A stretch of 64,000 bases of DNA from positions 1-64,000 of the forward strand of contig NZ_JAVZIN010000006.1 in NCBI RefSeq assembly GCF_038871235.1, in the 5' to 3' direction. The notes beneath the pieces were generated by a model. It was not told the origin of the DNA, made no database searches, and saw only the letters and a list, made by a program, of their open reading frames with translations. Position numbers and translations under genes: made by a program. Positions 1 through 8,909 of the stretch are shown in pieces; position 1 is the stretch's first letter; each line of letters opens with the position of its first letter. This DNA is from Candidatus Hadarchaeum sp. (GTDB lineage Archaea > Hadarchaeota > Hadarchaeia > Hadarchaeales > Hadarchaeaceae).

Positions 1-1011
1 TCTGAGCCTCACGAGCTCGTAAACGCACCTCTCCCCCCTCAGCGCCTTTTTGAAGTTTTCTTCAAAGATCTTTCTATTTTCATCGTCGAGAAAGTCGGTC
101 ACGCGCCGGCCAATTACCTCCTCCCTTGAAACACCCATCATCTCACAGTACTTCTGGTTGACATACTGGATGACGCCGTTTTCGTCCACGTAAGCCAACC
201 CATCGTTCATCGTCTCGACCAGCGTCCGGTAGCGCTCTTCGCTTCTTTTTAGTTCCAGTTCTGCCAATTCGCGCTTTCTTCTCTGCTCTGCCATCCTGAT
301 TATGTTCATCTTGACGTTTTCGACAAGTTCCCTAGTGATGTTGCCGCTCCTCATCGGCAGAAAATCAGCTGGAGGTATATAAATGTGATTTTCATAAATG
401 GAGCCCTGCATGATAATCTTGGGATGTGTGTAAATAATCTCGAGCAATGTTTTTTGGTCGAATTTTTTCTCATTATATAGACAGATCGCCGAGACCTTGC
501 TTTTTGGAAAGTAGTAGTTCAGCTTCGCCTCATACTCAACGAGCCTTTCGGCACCGGTAGGCTTTTTCAGGGCCCAAGTCATTTCCCCGGAAATCCTCAG
601 CCCATGATAGCCTTCTTTGATGGCTTTGTTTTCGTTCTGTTTTAGCAGCTCTACCATTCGGTCAGGATCAAAATAACCCCCATGAAGATAGGTTTCCTCG
701 CTCGAGAGCAATTCGAATTGTTTTGACCTGAGGTGCTTCTTGAGGTCGACGCCCGCTTTGTTGAATGCTTGAATGACTTCCTCCTTGCTGCTTTCATCTA
801 GGATATAGATACATTTCTCGTGGTTTTGAAGGCCGGCGCGGAAGAATTGGGTGAGGATGGAGAATTTTTCGTCAGCGTCTTGATAAAATCCGCATAAGTG
901 TTCACCGGGCTCGATTCTATCAAACCCACTCCCGGCAACCCGTTCAGGAATAACCTTGGGTTCTGTCTTTATTTTTCTCCTTTTTTGTTCCTTGTTTTTC
1001 AGCTTCGGCAC
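1..1011 (-). CDS. MEDS-domain + PAS-domain sensor protein (3' end runs off the window)
   Basis: Not in the ORF track; translated by hand from GTG at 1011. MPKLKNK...GEHLCGFY...GYFDPDRM...GLRISGEMTW...EYEAKLN...AICLY...THP is typical of MEDS. It is followed by a coiled coil and SEERYRTLVETMNDGLAYVDENGVIQYVN (PAS). Confidence 0.88.
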   Translation of the reverse strand, partial: MPKLKNKEQKRRKIKTEPKVIPERVAGSGFDRIEPGEHLCGFYQDADEKFSILTQFFRAGLQNHEKCIYILDESSKEEVIQAFNKAGVDLKKHLRSKQFELLSSEETYLHGGYFDPDRMVELLKQNENKAIKEGYHGLRISGEMTWALKKPTGAERLVEYEAKLNYYFPKSKVSAICLYNEKKFDQKTLLEIIYTHPKIIMQGSIYENHIYIPPADFLPMRSGNITRELVENVKMNIIRMAEQRRKRELAELELKRSEERYRTLVETMNDGLAYVDENGVIQYVNQKYCEMMGVSREEVIGRRVTDFLDDENRKIFEENFKKALRGERCVYELVRLR

Positions 1012-1469
1012 AAAAGTACTCTTTCTTCAGCAATTTAAAATTTTCTTTTTTTGAACCCAAGGGGACTCGTTTTTTGCTCTTGAAACGTGTGGCTTGAGCA
1101 GTATCATTATCAGAATAGTTACTGCTCCCATTTCCAAAATTGCGATCATCATTCCGGCAGTCTCCTCACCCAAGGCCTCAACCGGTGGAAAAGTTTTCGA
1201 TACGTGGTCTCCGAGCAAAATTCTCTTTTCTGTAGTTGTGCCCACCACTACAAAATCTCCCCAAGTTGTTGATACAGTGGAGGACGTAAACCTCTTCGAT
1301 ATTGTGTATCCTTAGCCACTTCGCTAACCAAAATGAAAATTAAGCGCAGGATTAAATTCTGGGAATACTGAGGGATAGAGGATGTGATTTACTTTACGCG
1401 TGTTGAAAACCTGAGGTTTGAAAGATTTTCGGCCGTTAACTAGTTTGTCGGATTATCTTTCTCATTTGG

Positions 1470-1559
1470 TGGAGCCGGGGGCCGGATTTGAACCGACGAA
1501 TAGCGGGTTTCAGCGGATTTCACTGCAGCCCACCGCCTTAACCGCTTGGCTACCCCGGC
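1470..1559 (-). tRNA. tRNA-Cys(GCA) with 14-nt intron at 37/38 (1509-1522), CCA encoded
   Basis: Reverse complement GCCGGGG TA GCC..GGC G GTGGG CT GCA G [tgaaatccgctgaa] A CCCGC TATTC GTCGG TTCAAAT CCGGC CCCCGGC T CCA; U73 discriminator as expected for tRNA-Cys. Confidence 0.93.
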
Positions 1560-1604
1560 ACGCAAGATAATATAACGATGTTTATTTAATAAGTTTCGAG
1601 GTCC

Positions 1605-2270
1605 ATGCCTAGGGAAAAAGTGGTCTGTCTGGTCTCCGGTGGCATCGACTCGCCGGTGGCGATGGCGCTGGCCGCGAGGAGGTATGAAGTCCTGCCGCTT
1701 CATTTCTGCCTTTATCCCTATACCTGCGAGGACACATTCATGGTCGCGATGAGGGTGCTTGAGGATCTGAAGAGAAAGGTCGATTTTGAGAAGCTCATCG
1801 TCTATCCTTGGGCGAAGATCCTGCGAAGGATAATGGGCGGTCAGGAGAGGAGCTACGCTTGCCTAGAGTGTCGGCGCGGCATGTTTCGGGTGGCCGAGAT
1901 GGTTTGCCAGAAGGAGGGTGCCTCGGGAATTGTCACGGGGGAGGTGCTGGGTCAGAAGGCCTCGCAGACGCTGTCCAACCTCTGGGCCACCACGGCTGGG
2001 CTGAAGTTCCCGGTGCTACGCCCGCTGCTCGGCATGGACAAGGTCGAGATTGAACAGATCTCGAAGAGGCTCGGTATCTGGCACGAGGTCCACGCCGGCT
2101 GCTGCTATGCGACTCCAAAGCACCCGCGTACCCAAGCACAGCCCGCGAAGGTGGACTCCCTGTGGAAAATCCTGAAATTGGAGGAACTCATCAGGGAGCA
2201 GATGAACAACGTGTTAGAGGTGAGAACCTTCCAAGAGGACTTTAGGGCGTATTTGGAAAAGCTGGTTTAG
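1605..2270 (+). CDS. ThiI-like PP-loop sulfurtransferase, catalytic domain only (no NFLD/THUMP domain)
   Basis: SGGIDS PP-loop at residue ~11, CLECRR, TGEVLGQKASQT, LRPL.G.DK.EI, GCC..TPKHPRT; only 221 aa. Confidence 0.8.
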   Translation: MPREKVVCLVSGGIDSPVAMALAARRYEVLPLHFCLYPYTCEDTFMVAMRVLEDLKRKVDFEKLIVYPWAKILRRIMGGQERSYACLECRRGMFRVAEMVCQKEGASGIVTGEVLGQKASQTLSNLWATTAGLKFPVLRPLLGMDKVEIEQISKRLGIWHEVHAGCCYATPKHPRTQAQPAKVDSLWKILKLEELIREQMNNVLEVRTFQEDFRAYLEKLV

Positions 2271-2369
2271 TCGACGAGACTGTCAACTCCCCGATTGACA
2301 GCGGATCCTTTGGAAGCTTGAAAAAGACAATTCCCCACTCGACATTATTTGTGTATCCGATAGAAAAAA

Positions 2370-3203
2370 TCAAACCGATCTCAATTCCCTCAGCATTTTA
2401 GAGTGGGTTTCGCAGAACTCGCTTTCCTTTGGCCCCAGCTGCGCCAAGATGACCTCCTCCTGCCAATGGGCGTTGTAGAGGCGGCAGGTCTTGATCTCGC
2501 AGAAGGGGTTGGAGGTCAGGTGGTAGAACAGCGCCTGCATAACGTAGCCCTTCATCACCTCGGTGAGCCTCTCATCATCGTAGTCGATGAAGCGGCCGCG
2601 GAACCTCTCCTTCAGCTCCTCGTAGGCGATGGCTCCCAGAGCTAGGTAATGTTGCCTCAGCGCGTAGAATTCCCTAGGCTTGGCCGGCGCCTCCACGATT
2701 CCGGTCGTCGATATCAGGCAGGGAAAGCTGTAGAGGCTCACCCGGGCGTGGTATCTCGCGTCGGCATCTTCCCAAGTTCCGAAGAGCCGGTTGGTGAAGA
2801 TGAGGTGCAGGTGGTTTTGGGTCCTCTCCTCCTCGGGGATCAGCCTCAGAGCTAGGCTCTTGAGGGCAACACCGTCGTAGAGGAGCCCGAGGAGTCGCTG
2901 CTCCGGGTTCTGCAACAGCTTCAGCTCCAGGTTGATTTCTCCGGGAAGTGGTTCAAGGAAAGATTCTTTTTTCATCGGGTCGCGAATTCTTGCCCGCGCC
3001 ATGGCTCGAGCTAGCTCTCTGAGGGCAACACCATCGCGTTGGAAAAAGAGCGGTTCCCTTATATCCACCGAGACATGACCCAACTTCTCGGCCAAGTACT
3101 CAGAGATCTCCCCAAGATTGAGGGTTTTCGAAGACCTGTCCTCATAGAGATGGATTCTGGGCAGAATTTTAGCCGCTTTCTCTGAGCTTCTCATAGGCGA
3201 CAT
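2370..3203 (-). CDS. DUF6775-like archaeal protein (putative metallopeptidase fold); true start probably near the thi4 stop
   Basis: LYDG...[10 protein letters not shown]...YHAR...[17 protein letters not shown]...FC..x[11 protein letters not shown]...FCETH. Confidence 0.65.
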   Translation of the reverse strand: MSPMRSSEKAAKILPRIHLYEDRSSKTLNLGEISEYLAEKLGHVSVDIREPLFFQRDGVALRELARAMARARIRDPMKKESFLEPLPGEINLELKLLQNPEQRLLGLLYDGVALKSLALRLIPEEERTQNHLHLIFTNRLFGTWEDADARYHARVSLYSFPCLISTTGIVEAPAKPREFYALRQHYLALGAIAYEELKERFRGRFIDYDDERLTEVMKGYVMQALFYHLTSNPFCEIKTCRLYNAHWQEEVILAQLGPKESEFCETHSKMLRELRSV

Positions 3204-3957
3204 CGGCGGCCCGCTTTCCGCTCATCAGCATCGCACCGAAAGTTGGTCCCATTCTGGGCAGCCCGTAGGCGGTCGATACTGCCATCCCAGTGACAATCAG
3301 CCCCGGATAAACCTCGCCCGTGTGCTCGACAACAAGGTCCTCGGAGCGTTCGACCCACATGGCCCCGTAGCCCGGGACCTTGAGCAGCCCGCGCTTCTCC
3401 AGCATCCTCACCACAGCCGCGTCGTGACCAGTGGCGTCGATGACCAGCTTGCTCTCCAGCCCCACGGGATCGACGCAGGTTATCTCCCGGGGCAGCGCCG
3501 AGACTGGGGTCCAGTTGACGACCACACCACCGACGCGTCCCTTCTCCTTCAGGATGACGTCATCGATCAGCGTCATGTTCAGAATTTTGACCCCGGCGTC
3601 ACAGGCGGCAGCGATGAGTCTGGAGCAGGCGTGGGGGCCGTCAGCCACATAGAGTCCCTTGGAAGATTCAGTGAAGGGCACTCCCAGCTCCTCGAGGATT
3701 TTCTGGGCCGGTGCCCGCACGGTGACCTTGTTCATCAAATAACCGCCAATCCAGAAACCGCCGCCGAGGTAGTTGTTGCGCTCAATCACCAACGTGGCCA
3801 CACCGCGCCGCGCCAGTTCTCTGGCCGCCATGAGCCCGCTCGGTCCTCCGCCTACCACAATAATATCGCTCTCGGCATAGCGATGGAAGTCCCTCATGAA
3901 GCCCTCAACTATGGCTCGGGTGACTTCCTTTTCCCCAGATGGTTCAAAGGTCGGCAT
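3169..3957 (-). CDS. thi4: Thiazole synthase Thi4 (Cys-type active site)
   Basis: [10 protein letters not shown] Rossmann motif, [35 protein letters not shown]. Confidence 0.95.
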   Translation of the reverse strand: MPTFEPSGEKEVTRAIVEGFMRDFHRYAESDIIVVGGGPSGLMAARELARRGVATLVIERNNYLGGGFWIGGYLMNKVTVRAPAQKILEELGVPFTESSKGLYVADGPHACSRLIAAACDAGVKILNMTLIDDVILKEKGRVGGVVVNWTPVSALPREITCVDPVGLESKLVIDATGHDAAVVRMLEKRGLLKVPGYGAMWVERSEDLVVEHTGEVYPGLIVTGMAVSTAYGLPRMGPTFGAMLMSGKRAADVAYEKLRESG

Positions 3958-3987
3958 TTTCTCCCACCAAATAACGTCGTTCCTTAC

Positions 3988-4779
3988 TTAAAGGTTTGCT
4001 CCACCCATTCTATAGCCGCCTCTGTCGATGGCAACGGTTGGATAGCCCATTGCCTTCAGAGCGGAGATTATCCTCTCCTCAAGCTCTTTGGCACGGTCCA
4101 GCTCCTCCTTACCCACCTCCACCCTCGCCCAGTTTCCGTGATCCCTGACCCTGACCACGCGGAAGCCCAGCGAGCGGAGGAACTCCTCGCCACGGGCTAT
4201 TCGTTTAAGTTTTTCCGCGGTGATTTCTTGGCCGAAAGGTATTCTGGAGGCTAAGCAGGGGCTGGCTGGCTTTTCCGCGTTGGGCAGCCCATATCTCAAG
4301 GCCAGCTTTCGGACCTCATTTTTCGTTAGCCCGGCTTCCGCGAGCGGGCTGATCACTCCGAATTCCCTTAACGCACGTAATCCCGGTCGATAATCTCGGT
4401 GGTCATCGCGGTTGGTGCCGTCGAAGATATGTTTGAAACCGAGCTTCTTCCTGATTTTCTCCAGCCTTTCGAGGAGCTCCCGCTTGCAGTGGTAACAACG
4501 CTCGGGGGGGTTCCTGCAGAATTCAGGATTTTTCAGTTCATTTGTCTTGATCACCAGCAGCCTGATACCGATCCACTTCGCCACGGATCTGGCGCTCTCC
4601 AGCTCCCCAGGAGGATAGGTGGGTGAAATGGCCGTGATAGCCACTGCTCGGTCCCCCAAGACCTCGTGTGAAACCGCGCACACCAGAGAAGAGTCAACTC
4701 CTCCGGAGAAGGCGATGACCGCGCTCTCGCAGGCTTTGATGCATGACTTTAGCCGTTGTTCTTTATTTTCTATTGACAT
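3988..4779 (-). CDS. larE: LarE-family ATP-dependent sulfur transferase
   Basis: FSGGVDS, NPPERCYHCK, DGTN.DD..DYRPG, SPCLASRIP.G, RVRDHG; start taken as MSIENK at 4779. Confidence 0.92.
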   Translation of the reverse strand: MSIENKEQRLKSCIKACESAVIAFSGGVDSSLVCAVSHEVLGDRAVAITAISPTYPPGELESARSVAKWIGIRLLVIKTNELKNPEFCRNPPERCYHCKRELLERLEKIRKKLGFKHIFDGTNRDDHRDYRPGLRALREFGVISPLAEAGLTKNEVRKLALRYGLPNAEKPASPCLASRIPFGQEITAEKLKRIARGEEFLRSLGFRVVRVRDHGNWARVEVGKEELDRAKELEERIISALKAMGYPTVAIDRGGYRMGGANL

Positions 4780-4843
4780 CGGTGCCGCCCCATTAACCAT
4801 TGTTCGCATGCAGGTTAAACTGGTTTGTGCGGGCACCTGCTGC

Positions 4844-4870
4844 GAAAGACATATAAATGACTTTTATAAC
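4844..4870. promoter_or_regulatory. Probable divergent archaeal promoters for mtaB (+) and larE (-)
   Basis: gaaagacaTATAAA (BRE/TATA-like) ~20 nt upstream of the mtaB ATG; gttATAAAag on the opposite strand. Confidence 0.4.
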
Positions 4871-4876
4871 ACTGTT

Positions 4877-6262
4877 ATGGGTGTTCACATAAAAACCTTT
4901 ACCCGAATGGAGCTGGGGTCTCCGCAGGAGCTCGTCTTCGGCCGGGCTAAGTATCCTTTGAGATATGGCTTGGGGTTGGAGGTGGGCAGTGGTTCAGTGA
5001 TCCCAGAGCTGAAGTATTCTCCGCGACCAGGCAAAGAACAGAGCCTAACTTCGCTGAAAAAAGAGTACGAAACGATAACTAAGGATATCCTCGACCGGGC
5101 CATTGACGTCGGGCTACCTGCCGTGCAACTTGAGACGGAGCATGTGGTTCAGATGACGAGCAATCCGAAATGGGGCGCTGAGATAACCGCACTGCAGAAG
5201 GAACTGTTGGAGAAATATCATGAGGAGCACGGCATAAGGTGCGCACTGAGGCAGACCATTGCCGACATTAGGAAGACGGAGCTCGATATGAGGGAAGGAG
5301 CGGAGTTCAATAAGGTTATTGAGTCCTTCGAGCTTTGTGCCGAGTCAGGAGCAGATGTTCTGGCAATTGAATCGCTGGGCGGGAAGGAGGTTTTCGATTA
5401 TGCGATAGCGAGACAAGATGTGAGGGGCATCCTTTTCTCGCTGGGGGTTCTCGCTTGCCAGGATATGCAGTTCCTCTGGGAAAATATTGTCGGCATAGCC
5501 AGAAAGAACAACGTCATACCCGGCGGCGACACCGACTGCGCGCGCTCCAACACGGCCATGTTCTTAGCCGGGGGCTACAGGAGCAATGAGTTACCCCACA
5601 CCATCGCCGCGATCGTTAGGGCTGCCGGGGCATCTAGGTCGTTAGTGGCCTTCGAGTCGGGCGCAACCGGACCGGATAAGGATTGCGGTTATGAGGGAGT
5701 GATAATAAAAGCTGTTACCGGCCGGCCGATTTCCCAAGAAGGAAAGAGCTCGGCCTGCGCGCATTCGAGCCTCTTGGGCAACATCGCCGCTGTGGCTTGC
5801 GACCTTTGGTCCAACGAGGCCGTCCAATATGGTGATATGTTCGGCGGAAGCACACCCCAAGTCTTCACGGAGATACTGGGTTATGATGTTGCCCTCTTTA
5901 ACGCCGCGTTGGCCACCGGCAACGAGTTGAAGCTCAGAGATCTGCTTGCCCTTTCGGACAGGTACCGTGATCCGCAGGCGCTCATTTTGGCCCCGGAAAA
6001 TGCCTACCGCATAGGCAAAACCATCGTGGAAAATTCTAAGGACAGTTATCTGAGGACAAAGTCAGCCATGTTGGAGGCGACGAGAATAATCGAGGAAAAT
6101 AAGGAGAAGCTCCAGCTTTCTGATCTGGAGCGCAGGTCTCTGGAAAAAGCAATTGTGGCGCTTTCCGAGTTTCCCGATGATGGGGATAAGTTTACCTCCG
6201 CTTGTCTTGATATTTACCGTAAACTGGTTCCGGGCTTCAATCCGAAGAATTATGGTCTTTGA
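4877..6262 (+). CDS. mtaB: Methanol:corrinoid methyltransferase MtaB
   Basis: ELVFG.AKYP...GLGLEVG.G..IPELKY.PRP, LETEHVVQMT, IES.GGKE, GDTDCA, GPDKDCGYE, EGKSSACAHS..LGN, CDLWSNE, DRYRDPQA. The Zn-ligand Glu/Cys/Cys motifs are present. Start at ATG 4877, not 4619. Confidence 0.93.
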   Translation: MGVHIKTFTRMELGSPQELVFGRAKYPLRYGLGLEVGSGSVIPELKYSPRPGKEQSLTSLKKEYETITKDILDRAIDVGLPAVQLETEHVVQMTSNPKWGAEITALQKELLEKYHEEHGIRCALRQTIADIRKTELDMREGAEFNKVIESFELCAESGADVLAIESLGGKEVFDYAIARQDVRGILFSLGVLACQDMQFLWENIVGIARKNNVIPGGDTDCARSNTAMFLAGGYRSNELPHTIAAIVRAAGASRSLVAFESGATGPDKDCGYEGVIIKAVTGRPISQEGKSSACAHSSLLGNIAAVACDLWSNEAVQYGDMFGGSTPQVFTEILGYDVALFNAALATGNELKLRDLLALSDRYRDPQALILAPENAYRIGKTIVENSKDSYLRTKSAMLEATRIIEENKEKLQLSDLERRSLEKAIVALSEFPDDGDKFTSACLDIYRKLVPGFNPKNYGL

Positions 6263-6271
6263 GGTGATGTT

Positions 6272-8029
6272 ATGAGCTTTACACCAAAGAAGCGGGTAAT
6301 TTCGGCACTTCTGGGCGGAAGGGTTGACAGAATTCCGGCCACGGCGGTCTGTCAGACGGCCACGCACGACCAGATGCAGGCGATAGGTGTGGGCTGGCCG
6401 GAGGCCCACCTAGACGCGGATAAAATGGCGAAGCTCGCCAGCGCGGCATACACACTGACGGGTCTGGAGACGGCAAGGGTCCCGTTTGATCAAGCTGTTG
6501 AAGCCGAGGCCCTTGGCGGGAGGATGGAGATCAAGGCGGAGATCCCAGCCATCGTGGGGCACTTGAATGATTTCTCGGAGTTGAAGATACCTGAAAATTT
6601 CCTAGAACTGGGACGAGTGCCGGTGGTACTCGGAGCTGTCGAAAAGCTCTCTGAAAAATTTGGCGATGTCCTGCCGGTGATGGCAGGGATAATCGGTCCG
6701 TTTTCAATTGCGACACAGATCTTCGACCCCAGCGACATGTTGAAGTGGACCATCACCCGGCAGAGAGAGAGTTCGGAAGTCCTGTCGGCGCTGGTTGATC
6801 CGCTGGTCGAGTACGCGAACGAATTGACAAAGAGAGGGGCTGATATCATAATCATCGAGGACATGTTTTCCTCCCAGCTTGGCAGCAAGGCGTTCCGCGC
6901 CGTAGCCATGGAGCCGCTTAAAAAACTGGTGGAGAGGATCAAAAACATCGTGGTCATTCACATGTGCGGGAATATAACCAAAATGGTTTCCGATGTGGTC
7001 GAGGTCGGTGCCGATGGTCTGAGCATAGCTAAGGAGACGGATCTCGCTACTGCCATCCGCAGCGCCCGCGGTAAAACAGCAATCATTGGCAACATTGACC
7101 CTGTCAGCGATCTGATGTTAAAAGGAAGTTCGGCGGTGGAGGCGGCGGTGAGGGCAGCGATCGATGGCGGCGTGGATTTGGTTGCTCCCGGATGCAGTTT
7201 GGCGCCGGCAACGCCGATGGAAAATATAAAGCAGATGGTTCTTCAGGTGCAGCGCTACGGTGGAAGGGTGGAAGCAGTGGCGCCAAGGGAAGTTGATTTG
7301 GGAAAGATCTTCACTAAGTACGGGGTAGTGAGAGCAGGCCCACCGATATATGAGTCCTTGTTGCCAGTAGTTGCTGAGCTGGCCGATGTTGCCAAAGCGG
7401 TAGTTAGGGGCGATTCCGCAGCGGTTGAAGCCGCGGTCCGTGCTGCCTTGGAAAAGCTGGAGCCGCTGAGGGTCATTTCCGATGGATTGACCGCGGGGAT
7501 GACCATCGTGAGCAAGATGTGGGAGGATGGTGTTTACTTCCTTCCTGAGGTGGTAAATGCCGCTGATGCCATGCAGGCAGGTATCTCGCTGTGCGAGAAA
7601 AAGATGGGACGGGCCGCGACTAGGAAGGCCAAGATCATCACCCACGTGGCGGAGGGTGATATCCATGACATCGGTAAGAATATTGTTTCGGCTCTTCTGA
7701 ACGCGAACGGGTTTGAGGTCATTGACTTGGGGAGGGATGTCCCGGTGGAAAGGGTTGTCGAGGAGACCAAGAAAAATAAACCGCTTTTGGTGATGGGAAC
7801 GGCTTTGATGACCACTACGATGACGGCCTTCCCGAAGCTGGTGGAAAGATTGAAGCAGGAAGGATTGAGCACAACGCTCGCCTGCGGCGGTGGAGCAGTT
7901 AACCAAGAATATGTGGAGACCTTTGAAAACAGCGTCTTCGGCGACAAAGCAGTAGACGCGGTGAAAATAGCCGAGCTGGCGCTAAAAGGGCTTTCTTGGC
8001 GCGAGATAAGGGGGAGAGTGCATAAGTAG
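6272..8029 (+). CDS. Fusion of an MtaA/URO-D-family methylcobamide:thiol methyltransferase (aa ~1-330) with an MtaC-type corrinoid protein (aa ~340-585)
   Basis: N-half: WPEAH.DA.KMA, RVPFD..VEAEALG, GPFS, IHMCG (HxC), IIGNIDP, APGC. C-half: EDGVYFLP, HVAEGDIHDIGKNIV (DxHxxG), DLGRDVP, GTALMTTTM, ACGGGAV. One uninterrupted ORF with GAGGTGA RBS. Confidence 0.92.
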   Translation: MSFTPKKRVISALLGGRVDRIPATAVCQTATHDQMQAIGVGWPEAHLDADKMAKLASAAYTLTGLETARVPFDQAVEAEALGGRMEIKAEIPAIVGHLNDFSELKIPENFLELGRVPVVLGAVEKLSEKFGDVLPVMAGIIGPFSIATQIFDPSDMLKWTITRQRESSEVLSALVDPLVEYANELTKRGADIIIIEDMFSSQLGSKAFRAVAMEPLKKLVERIKNIVVIHMCGNITKMVSDVVEVGADGLSIAKETDLATAIRSARGKTAIIGNIDPVSDLMLKGSSAVEAAVRAAIDGGVDLVAPGCSLAPATPMENIKQMVLQVQRYGGRVEAVAPREVDLGKIFTKYGVVRAGPPIYESLLPVVAELADVAKAVVRGDSAAVEAAVRAALEKLEPLRVISDGLTAGMTIVSKMWEDGVYFLPEVVNAADAMQAGISLCEKKMGRAATRKAKIITHVAEGDIHDIGKNIVSALLNANGFEVIDLGRDVPVERVVEETKKNKPLLVMGTALMTTTMTAFPKLVERLKQEGLSTTLACGGGAVNQEYVETFENSVFGDKAVDAVKIAELALKGLSWREIRGRVHK

Positions 8030-8254
8030 GAATTGCTCCTCAGTTTTTGTGGCTTAAAATTCTTTTGATTTTAAAAACATAAGGTTCGAATTTCGGACTA
8101 TCAAGTTATAAGCCGAATGCGCTTACTATTTTTACCCTATGGTAGTTAATTTTTGAAAAAGCCCGGATATTTTCTATCGAATTCCTAATTTTTTGGTTCG
8201 TTAACTAAAATATTTAAAAGAAAGTGGACGAGAATTTAAGCGAGGGTCGTTAGC

Positions 8255-8692
8255 TTGGCTAAGAAAAAGAAAACCAAGATTTTTGGTAAAAAGACCCCAG
8301 CAAGAAGACAGACACGTTCGGAGAGAAAGAATGAGATTGTCGTAGAGATGAAGGACATCGTGAAGAAATTTCCTGGCGTGGTTGCTAACGATCATGTGAA
8401 TTTTGAGGTCAGGGCTGGAGAAATTCACGCCTTGCTAGGGGAAAATGGCGCTGGGAAAACGACATTGATGAATGTTTTATATGGTCTATATCAGCCAGAT
8501 GAAGGGGAAATATACGTTCGTGGGAAAAAAGTGAACGTAACGTCTCCGAAGGACGCGATCGATTTAGGAATAGGGATGGTTCACCAGCACTTTATGCTCG
8601 TGCCTCCCATGAGCGTTGCTGAAAACATAATTTTGTGTTTGAAATCCTCGAAGGAACCATTTTTGGACCTAGAAACTGCGGAGAAAAAATAA
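8255..8692 (+). pseudogene. Truncated sugar/nucleoside ABC transporter ATPase (N-terminal fragment)
   Basis: KKFPGVVAND.V...HALLGENGAGKTTL, IGMVHQHF, but the ORF stops at 145 aa in an A-run (GAG AAA AAA TAA) before the signature and Walker B motifs; no continuation seen. Confidence 0.8.
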
Positions 8693-8720
8693 CCGAGCTG
8701 TACCGGTTCTGGCGGCAGGA

Positions 8721-8909
8721 TCAAGAATTATATTCAATTAGGATTTTGTAACTTTTTGTCTCCCAATAGGCTTTAGCTATTTCCATAGCCTTATGGTTTA
8801 TCTCACCACACGCCTTGTTTTCATCAAGACATTCAATAGCAAAAGCAACTTTAAGATCATACTCCTCCTTTGGAGTTGCGCAAATTCTTATTCCTTTTTT
8901 TGGCGTCAA
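8721..8909 (-). CDS. Small hypothetical protein (62 aa), last gene of the liv operon
   Basis: TTG start overlaps the livF TGA stop (TTGA); no recognised motif. Confidence 0.4.
   Translation of the reverse strand: MTPKKGIRICATPKEEYDLKVAFAIECLDENKACGEINHKAMEIAKAYWETKSYKILIEYNS

Noticed and set aside
1027-1440. Short ORFs between the MEDS gene and tRNA-Cys
   Set aside because: Three mutually overlapping 61-73 aa frames with no motif or clear RBS; none can be supported.
3322-4254. 310-aa plus-strand ORF and other long antisense ORFs (e.g. 7118-7906, 29376-30146, 34694-35431, 39536-40138)
   Set aside because: They shadow well-supported genes on the opposite strand in GC-rich DNA and show no motifs.
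4619-4876. 86-aa N-terminal extension of MtaB in the ORF track
   Set aside because: It overlaps larE antisense and the intergenic promoter region; MtaB similarity begins after ATG 4877.
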